A DNA stretch of 64,000 nt. Source: an uncultured Chthonomonadaceae bacterium (GTDB lineage: Bacteria; Armatimonadota; Chthonomonadetes; Chthonomonadales; Chthonomonadaceae). The notes beneath the pieces were generated by a model. It was not told the DNA's origin, searched no databases, and saw nothing but the letters and a program-made list of their open reading frames with translations. The position numbers and the translations under genes are program-made. The stretch lies in NCBI GenBank assembly GCA_963835065.1, contig CAWIEK010000044.1, forward strand, positions 416,001 to 480,000, given 5' to 3'. Shown one piece after another: positions 56,923 through 64,000 of this stretch (the stretch's first letter is position 1; every line of letters starts with the position of its first letter).

Positions 56923-59784
56923 TTGCCTCATCATCTCTTCTCGGTTCCTCGTTTACCCATTCACGAAGCGGCAGGACGCGGAAAGTCCATTCTGATCCCT
57001 GTCACTATCAACTCAACTATTTTACTGCTTCTTCGCGTTCCTTTTTTCGGCGTGGGGTTGCTGTGGGTTGGATTGTGCGGTTTATTGTTCGGCCTTGCCG
57101 CGCCCGTTGACGCGCAATCGCAGGAACCCCGCGCGTTTACCTACACCTTTGAAACCCTGCCGCCCTCTCTGGTTCTGGAACGCGGCGACATGCTGCGCTT
57201 TGAGGGCGTGGGTCCGCGTACGGGCCTGCCGCAGACGTTTGCCATACAGGTCGGAGATCAGGTTCGGATGCGGCAGACGTTTCAGGGGCGCTGGCATCTG
57301 CAGTACAACTCGCAGCCGGAGCATTTCGCGGCCTGTATGCTTTCCGTTTCGCAGGAGGTCAACGGGGAATGGCAGATGCGGGCGCAAACCAAATTGCGTA
57401 TCATCAACGCGCCCCTGTTCCGTATCACTCCGCCCGCTCCCGACTCGCGCATTACCGAACCCGTAAGCCTGCATGTCGAAGCGCTGAACACGGATAAAAT
57501 TGACCGCATCGGGTACACGTTGGACGGCAAGCCCATAGGATTGTTCGCCAACCACGAGGAGGATGTGATCTGGAACCCTGCGGGGATTGCGCGGGGAACG
57601 CATCAGTTGGGCGCGGTTGCCCGCCTGACGGACGGCAGCCTGTATACGCTCGACGCCATTACAGTCAACGTGGCGACGAAACTGCGCGTCCTGCCCTTTG
57701 CGACTGGGGAAACGCTGGATTTATCGGCCATCAACGGCAAAGTGAGCGTTCGAGCGGACATTGATCCCGCGATTCAGCCCCGCGCCGTCACGTTTACGGT
57801 TGACGGCAAGCCTGTCATCGAACGCCGCGAAGCCCCGTTTCAGCAGGCATGGTGGAACCCCAACAGCCTGCCGAGCGGAAGTCATGCGCTGGGCGTGGAT
57901 GTGGAAACCGAAGCGGGACAGCACATCGTTGCCGCGCCGCTTGCGTTCGCTATTTACCGCCGTCCGGGCAGGCATAAGTCTACCGAAGAGCCGTTTGTCA
58001 GTTCGCGGGTCGCGCAGGGCAAGGAAGAAGACGTCGTTTATCCCACTGTTGAAAGCGCGCTGCTGGCCCGTAAGAAGGTCACGATAGCCATTGCGCGGCT
58101 GCCGGAACGCCTGTCGGTTTCCATAGGAACCGACGTGGTACTAACAGGCGTTTCCGAAACCGCCAACGATACGGAAGTGGCCGCGTATGTGGACGGGCAG
58201 CGGCAGTCGGGCTTTAATGGCAGGGGCAAGTTCGCGCTTGCCGTATCCACGCGCATTTTGCCGCCGGGATTGCACACGCTGAAAGTGCGGCAGAACCTGA
58301 CAAGCGGCGTCACGCGCCCCGTCGGGCAAAGCCGCCTGCTGGTCTTTGAAGGCGCTCCGGTTCAGATGCAGCCGCTGAATGAAGGCGCGAGTTTGTTTGC
58401 CCCCGTCACGCTGCACACGCAGATCGGGCCGGGGTTTGCGCCCCAATCGCTGCTGTATTTCGCGGATGGACGCCCGCTTCCCACCGACCCCGCCGACCCT
58501 ATGACGGCGCAATGGGACCCGCGCAGCCGCCAGCCCGGCGTTCACGCGCTGTGGGTGGTTGGCACGGACGCAGACGGGGTTTCGTTTCGCTCGCAGCCGA
58601 TTTCAGTCACAATTCCGGTTCGGGTTCGCATGGCATCCCTTCCCAAAAGCATTGCCGTCACGAAAACAAGCCATACCCTGTCCTTAACGGCGGCGGTTAC
58701 GCCCGGACTTGCGCCGGTTCAGGTCAGTTACCTCGTGGACGACACGCCAGTTGCTGCGCAGGCGGGACCGGGTTTTGGCGTATTTTCCTACGACACCACG
58801 AACCTGCCTCCCGGCGCGCACAATCTGGCAATCGAAGCCCGTGACGCCAACGACGCGGTGTACGTCAGCGCGGCCACGCGCATCGAAGTGCAGAACGCGC
58901 CCTGGGCCACGAAACGCGCGCAGGAAGACGCGCAGCTACAGCGCAAATTCAAACGGGCAGGGGCGCAGAACAGCCAGCGCGCGGCATCGGCCTTGCGCCA
59001 TCCCGTTGTGCTTGCCGGGGGTGAAAAGCAGGAAGCGCGGGAGGGCGTAATCGGCAAAACGCGCGGCATTGCGGTGATCTTTTTGGGCAAAACGCCTGTG
59101 ATTGGCCGCCTGATTCCCATTGAAGCCGACATCCATCCGGGCGAAGGCAAATTCACGTTCGAGGCGGCGGCGGAAACGGACACGCAGGGCGCGGCGCAAA
59201 AAGCGTTCGATTTTGCGCGGCAGAAAGCGACGCAGGCGGGGCAGGGGCTGGATTGGGCGCGTACCAATGTCCTGCTGCGCCATCCCGACGACCGGGCGCG
59301 AACGCAGGGCAAATCGTCGGGCGTGGCGGATGCCGTCGCGCTGGTTTCCGCCTGCCTGCAAATGCCCGTAGACCGTTCGGTCGTCGTGACCGGTGCGTTG
59401 GGAACAAACGGGCAGATCGAGCCGGTGGGCGGGCTGGTGCAGAAAATGGACGCCGTGTTCAACGATTCCAGCGTTCGCACCCTGATTTTGCCCGCCGGCA
59501 GCCTGTCCGAGTCCGAGTTGGTCGCCCTGTACCTGCAGCGTCCCGACCAACTGGCGCATCGCCGCATCATCTTCGCGCACACGATGGAGGAGGTTCTGCG
59601 CCAGGCGCTCATCGGCTACAGCGACGCCTACGATTACGCCGAAGAACTGGCGCAGGAGGGGCTTTCCTTCTACCGCAGCAAAGACACCCCGCGCGCCCTC
59701 GAAGCCCTGCGCCAGGCCCGCGAACTCACCCCCGAAAACGCCACCCTTTCCGTCTGGATGAACCTCATCCAGAGCAGGCGTTAG
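56923..59784 (+). CDS. Secreted Ig-like repeat protein with a C-terminal Lon-type (S16) protease domain and TPR (start uncertain)
   Basis: Repeated (V/A/L)DG..W.P..L..G.H.L Ig modules. GKSSG...TG...G.IEPVGG..QK, with Ser and Lys 43 residues apart. Confidence 0.8.
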   Translation: MPHHLFSVPRLPIHEAAGRGKSILIPVTINSTILLLLRVPFFGVGLLWVGLCGLLFGLAAPVDAQSQEPRAFTYTFETLPPSLVLERGDMLRFEGVGPRTGLPQTFAIQVGDQVRMRQTFQGRWHLQYNSQPEHFAACMLSVSQEVNGEWQMRAQTKLRIINAPLFRITPPAPDSRITEPVSLHVEALNTDKIDRIGYTLDGKPIGLFANHEEDVIWNPAGIARGTHQLGAVARLTDGSLYTLDAITVNVATKLRVLPFATGETLDLSAINGKVSVRADIDPAIQPRAVTFTVDGKPVIERREAPFQQAWWNPNSLPSGSHALGVDVETEAGQHIVAAPLAFAIYRRPGRHKSTEEPFVSSRVAQGKEEDVVYPTVESALLARKKVTIAIARLPERLSVSIGTDVVLTGVSETANDTEVAAYVDGQRQSGFNGRGKFALAVSTRILPPGLHTLKVRQNLTSGVTRPVGQSRLLVFEGAPVQMQPLNEGASLFAPVTLHTQIGPGFAPQSLLYFADGRPLPTDPADPMTAQWDPRSRQPGVHALWVVGTDADGVSFRSQPISVTIPVRVRMASLPKSIAVTKTSHTLSLTAAVTPGLAPVQVSYLVDDTPVAAQAGPGFGVFSYDTTNLPPGAHNLAIEARDANDAVYVSAATRIEVQNAPWATKRAQEDAQLQRKFKRAGAQNSQRAASALRHPVVLAGGEKQEAREGVIGKTRGIAVIFLGKTPVIGRLIPIEADIHPGEGKFTFEAAAETDTQGAAQKAFDFARQKATQAGQGLDWARTNVLLRHPDDRARTQGKSSGVADAVALVSACLQMPVDRSVVVTGALGTNGQIEPVGGLVQKMDAVFNDSSVRTLILPAGSLSESELVALYLQRPDQLAHRRIIFAHTMEEVLRQALIGYSDAYDYAEELAQEGLSFYRSKDTPRALEALRQARELTPENATLSVWMNLIQSRR

Positions 59785-59956
59785 GATAAAGAAGGGGAAA
59801 GGCAAAAGGAAAAAGCAGGCTGCAAGCAAAAAAGGTATTTCGATGGAAAACTATAAATACCTGCAAGGAAGGTACACTTTATCACAGAGTAGCGTATAAT
59901 GTTGGCGTACATCCGCTTATAATCGTTTGTTCGTATAGGCGCTTACTACAAGGGGT

Positions 59957-60181
59957 ATGAGAATGACAGTGGAAGTTAAACCGGAAGACATGACTTTGCC
60001 CGCTGAGGCAAGGAAGCGACTGGCAAAGCGCAGGCGCGAACTTATCCGCCGCTTTGCAGATCAATTTGCGAACGCCCCTGTTGAGATCACTCCAAGATGG
60101 CAAAAAGCGATAGACAACTACAGGCGCAACAAAGGGATTGAGGTCGCTGAAGTTGAGGAGGTAGGTCAGCCAGATGAGTGA
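59957..60181 (+). CDS. Small putative antitoxin
   Basis: 74 aa, overlapping the downstream GNAT start. Confidence 0.6.
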   Translation: MRMTVEVKPEDMTLPAEARKRLAKRRRELIRRFADQFANAPVEITPRWQKAIDNYRRNKGIEVAEVEEVGQPDE

Positions 60182-60473
60182 CAGTCGAAAGTACCGGCTG
60201 GAAGTTCTCAGCAGCCAAGACTCCATAGCCCATTTTACCTGCGAAGATGAGGAAATCAACGAGTACATCCGGGAAGACGCGCTTGCGGATATGGCGCGGA
60301 GTGTCGCGCGCACTTTTGTAGAAATTGATACTTCAAAGCCTGCGGACAATAATGTCGCAGGCTATTTCACGTTACGCGCCCATGCGCTCCGCCAGCAAAG
60401 ACGTACAATGATAACGCCCCTGTTCCACAGCGCGCGGCGCGAGTCCTGCCGCCAACATTTATTCCGCTCTTGA
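60174..60473 (+). pseudogene. Truncated GNAT toxin (AtaT/TacT-like N-terminal half)
   Basis: F.C....IN.YI..DA and VAGYFTL, after which similarity is lost and no acetyl-CoA-binding motif follows. Confidence 0.6.
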
Positions 60474-60624
60474 TCAAGAACCGGCGCGGATTGACTCGTT
60501 GAATTGCAGGGCCAAGCGGAAAAACGCGGCTTTCTGCGTAACTATGCTCAACACCCTGCGTCTGATGGTGTATACCCGCGCCTGAACATTGCAGGCATGG
60601 AAACTGCCGAAGGAGTCAATCTTA

Positions 60625-61449
60625 ATGGGGCAAACTCGCCGCCGCGCTTTTACTCTGATTGAACTGCTCGTCGTGATAGCGATCATAGCAATCCTTGCCG
60701 CTATCCTCTTTCCCGTCTTTGCCCAGGCCCGCGCTGCCGCCCGCAAAGCCGCCTGTATGAGCAATGAAAAGCAAATTGCCACCGCCATCCTGATGTACTT
60801 TCAGGACTACGATGAACGTACGCCACGCGCCGTCAACAACGCTTCCGCCAGCCCCCATCTTGCCATTCCGCTTACACCCGCTCTGATTGGCGATAACGCC
60901 TTTTCCAGCGGCGATGCGAATGCAGGGCGTCCAGAGGGGTTTCTCTATGCCTACATCAAGAACGATGCATTGTGGCGCTGTCCGCAAGACCCTGTAATCT
61001 ATAACGCCAAAACGCTCAATACCAACAACTCGCTCGGTATTGCCAACGCCACCAGTTATCATCTCAGCCTTTATCTGACCGGCTCACAAGTAGACGGCGT
61101 GAACGAAACCACGTCGGGGGATGGAACCACGATTGCCGCCATTCCGCGCGTTGCCGAAACTATTTTGGCCCGCGATGGAGATGCCAATGACGGCACGAAC
61201 ATCGAGAACAACACAGCCATTGGCGGCGCCTTGGTTGGCGAACAACTCTATACTCGCCACAGTGACCACACGCAGGCTATTCGGCACAGCGGCAAAGGCA
61301 ACTACATCATGCTCGATGGACACATCAAGACACTTGTTCCCGATGCGGTCAGCCCGATGGAGACTGACGACAACCCTGACAAGCCCTGCCCCGGCTGCCC
61401 GGATCAGGTCAACCCCAATGCGCAGGCGTTTTGGAACATTGTTCAGTAG
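60625..61449 (+). CDS. Prepilin-type / H-X9-DG (DUF1559-like) protein
   Basis: AFTLIELL...FPVFAQAR and [15 protein letters not shown]. Confidence 0.9.
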   Translation: MGQTRRRAFTLIELLVVIAIIAILAAILFPVFAQARAAARKAACMSNEKQIATAILMYFQDYDERTPRAVNNASASPHLAIPLTPALIGDNAFSSGDANAGRPEGFLYAYIKNDALWRCPQDPVIYNAKTLNTNNSLGIANATSYHLSLYLTGSQVDGVNETTSGDGTTIAAIPRVAETILARDGDANDGTNIENNTAIGGALVGEQLYTRHSDHTQAIRHSGKGNYIMLDGHIKTLVPDAVSPMETDDNPDKPCPGCPDQVNPNAQAFWNIVQ

Positions 61450-61813
61450 AGCAAACAGTTGGTACACGTTGCCGCAGGAGGCTGTGATTTCTTCCTCTGC
61501 CTCCTGCCTGCTCGCCGGTACGCTTGTTTCTTCCGCTATGACTGTCATTTTTGCGTTGCCTTATCCTTGCAGCAGGCAGATAACAAACAGCCCGGCGAAC
61601 TGGCCGGGTTGATTAGAGGTTACGTATATCGTCCAAAATCGTCAAAGCCCAATCTTCTGCATCCAGCCAATTCTGTTCCCAATCCGCATAGGCGGGGTTT
61701 ACAGGAGGAAATTGGTAGTCTGCCACGTTGCGCAAGGTTCTCAGGTTCTTGTACACCATTCCTAATGCGGGGTTTTCTCACGCTCTTGAAGCATGTCTGC
61801 TGATGGCAACGCG

Positions 61814-62309
61814 CTATCCGCCAGCGAAACTACGCTGGTACACCACATCCACGTAGGCTTTGTCACCTCTGGCATGGCGAACAGTCAGGGTGTTGCGGGA
61901 CAAGTCTGCCACGCCGCTAAAAGTCTGACAGGCCGCCTTCAAATTACCGGGAGGGCAGTGACCCGCCTCAAATTCAGTCGTACCCGCAGTCACGCCGGCT
62001 TTTGTGCTATAGGAGAAGAATGGATCACTGCCGTCTACTCGGCACTTGCCATCCTTATAGAACACGAACGTTTCTGTGCCGGCGCAGTTCACCTGCCCGT
62101 ACAGCGGCGTGGCTCCCGGAGGATCGGTGAAGGTGGCGGGGCAAACCTGAAGTCGTTGTACCATCGGTGATGGAGCGGGCTGTCCATGTTCCTACAAGGC
62201 TGCTTCGGTCGTTAGTAGGGATGCCGCTATCGGCGTTGCCGCCGCAGCCCGTAAGGGCGCAGCCGAGCAAAAGAAGCAGGAACAAAGAAGAGCGTAAGGA
62301 TTGAGACAC
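61814..62309 (-). CDS. Hypothetical lipoprotein (frameshift near 62150)
   Basis: Lipobox LTGC and LVGTW in the 62055-62309 frame, continuing in the 61814-62164 frame. Confidence 0.6.
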
Positions 62310-62951
62310 GATGACCTTCTCCTCTACAAAGGGAATGTGCCGCTGAAACCAAGCGGTATGGCAGGGGAGTAAGAAGGGGGGTGCTCTTAGTTCACCATGA
62401 CCGAGCCATCTTCCTGCGAAATTTTGGAATTCTCAGAATTATTTTATATCTGGCTTGATGATGTCCGTAATCGCCAGCCCATCCCGCCAAAACAATCCCG
62501 CACAAAAAAGAGACAGAAAAAAGTGTTAGACAACACGGAAAAGTGAACCTTTTGCCGCATACAGTCGTCTAAACAGTGATACAAACGTCTAGTATAGAGA
62601 GACGAAGGTTCAACGTTAGAGTTCCTATCAACTATCAACTATCAACGACTTACTCAGGAAAGGAGGTACAGGCCCATGTCCCACCCCTCCCGCTCGCCCT
62701 GACGCTTGCGAGGCCACGACGCCTCTCTCCTACAATTTGACACAACGAGACATCGGGCTGGAAGCGCTGCATTGCCAAGATTTCGACGCTGCCTCTACAT
62801 ATTCTCTTTTTTCCTAATTCTTTTCTCTGCCTGCCGCTTTCCTGGCGCTTTCATCCTTCATCCTTTGCTTGACTTGGCTCCCTGTTTCGTGTAAGTTGCC
62901 GGGTATAATTCACACTGCGCAGCGTCACTCGGAATTCAGGGAAAGAAGGAC

Positions 62952-63887
62952 ATGGCAGGAATGGTTTACAAGATTTGCCACACTACATCGGGGAACAGGG
63001 AACAGGGAACAGAAGCCGCATTCCCAATCGAAAATCGAACATCGAAAATCGGCAATCCCGCCCCTCAACTTGGGCGTCCGCTTGCGGACTACAACCGGGC
63101 GTTCACCCTGATCGAACTGCTCGTCGTTATCGCAATCATCTCCATACTGGCGGCGATCTTATTTCCCGTCTTTGCGCAGGCGCGGGAGTCGGCGAGGCAG
63201 GCGTCGTGCGCCAGCAACATGAAGCAGATCGGGTACGCGGCGCGGATGTACAGTCAGGATTACGACGAATTTTGGGTTCCCGCGTATTCGCAGGGACCGG
63301 GGCCGAACGGCTCCAACATCCAGCCCTGGATCGGGTTTGACAACAACAACGCGGTCAGCAACTCGCCCATCGGCGGCGACATGACCCAGCCCGCCACGCA
63401 TGAACCGCATCCCGGCCTGCTCGATCCCTACATCAAAAACGCGCAAATAAAAAAATGCCCGGACGTGCCCGGTTCGTGGCAAATGGCGCTCGCCCTCAAC
63501 ATCTTCAACGTGTATCTCGATTCGGATTACTACACTGCCAATCCTGCCGCGAAAGGCAATGAGTTCGGACCTTCCTATCGTTCCAGTCAGACTGACCCCG
63601 TAACCGGGCAGGAAATGCCATTGGCCGCGCATGATTCGGAGATTGATCAGCCGTCCACGACCCTTGTCGCCTGGGAACACCAAAATCCCGCCCCCGAATG
63701 TAACTTCCTCCAATCTCCCAACTGGCTCATCTCCCCGCCGGAAGGCCCGTACCGCGAGCATTTCCATCTGCTGCACCGCAGCGGCGCAACCTGCTTGTGG
63801 TGCGACAGCCATGTCAAGCACGTCATTTACGACACGCTCAAGCGCCCCTGGTTCTCCTGCCGCAAAGACATCTATCCCGGTGGGTAG
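62952..63887 (+). CDS. Prepilin-type / H-X9-D(G/S) (DUF1559-like) protein
   Basis: AFTLIELL...FPVFAQARE and [15 protein letters not shown]. Confidence 0.9.
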   Translation: MAGMVYKICHTTSGNREQGTEAAFPIENRTSKIGNPAPQLGRPLADYNRAFTLIELLVVIAIISILAAILFPVFAQARESARQASCASNMKQIGYAARMYSQDYDEFWVPAYSQGPGPNGSNIQPWIGFDNNNAVSNSPIGGDMTQPATHEPHPGLLDPYIKNAQIKKCPDVPGSWQMALALNIFNVYLDSDYYTANPAAKGNEFGPSYRSSQTDPVTGQEMPLAAHDSEIDQPSTTLVAWEHQNPAPECNFLQSPNWLISPPEGPYREHFHLLHRSGATCLWCDSHVKHVIYDTLKRPWFSCRKDIYPGG

Positions 63888-64000
63888 TTTTCACAGTTTA
63901 AGGTTGTGGAATGGTAACTCTTCACCACCAAGACACCAAGAACACCAAGTAAAGCAGGCAATACGAACGGATTAGAACGCGCGAAACTTTCAATAGCTCC

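Noticed and set aside
79..63950. Repeat arrays as CRISPR arrays
   Set aside because: Units are 7-10 nt and head-to-tail with no unique spacers, and there are no cas genes.

Overview
A GC-rich bacterial chromosome segment, most likely Armatimonadota (inferred from four 'FPVFAQAR' prepilin/H-X9-DG proteins, a PEP-CTERM protein and a four-member HEAT-like 'LLR'-tail family). It carries about 55 CDS: housekeeping genes (hrcA end, grpE, glmM, recJ, wecB, uvrA, queF, msrA, glyA), sugar enzymes, two ECF sigma factors, TA modules and surface proteins. I see no tRNA, rRNA, CRISPR array or transposase. About ten single-base frameshifts, including in glyA, recJ and wecB, are most simply consensus indel errors. 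Highlights: (1) More than 25 short-period (mostly 7-nt) tandem-repeat arrays from about 12 families. Many form mirror-image hairpins whose arms copy each other's variant units, many begin at stop codons, and several sit in frame inside proteins (LLM monooxygenase, UvrA, ArnT-like transferase, prepilin leaders). (2) Two identical 205-bp c-di-GMP-I-like riboswitches whose P3 is extended by a ~135-nt heptamer hairpin, upstream of a PEP-CTERM gene and an SdrD-B-like gene. (3) A low-GC three-gene cassette (unknown protein, long PIN-domain protein, AAA+ ATPase) between wecB and recJ, a candidate undescribed defence system. (4) An ECF sigma factor fused to a nucleotidyltransferase, upstream of uvrA. 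(5) An Ig-repeat protein with an ATPase-less Lon protease domain.
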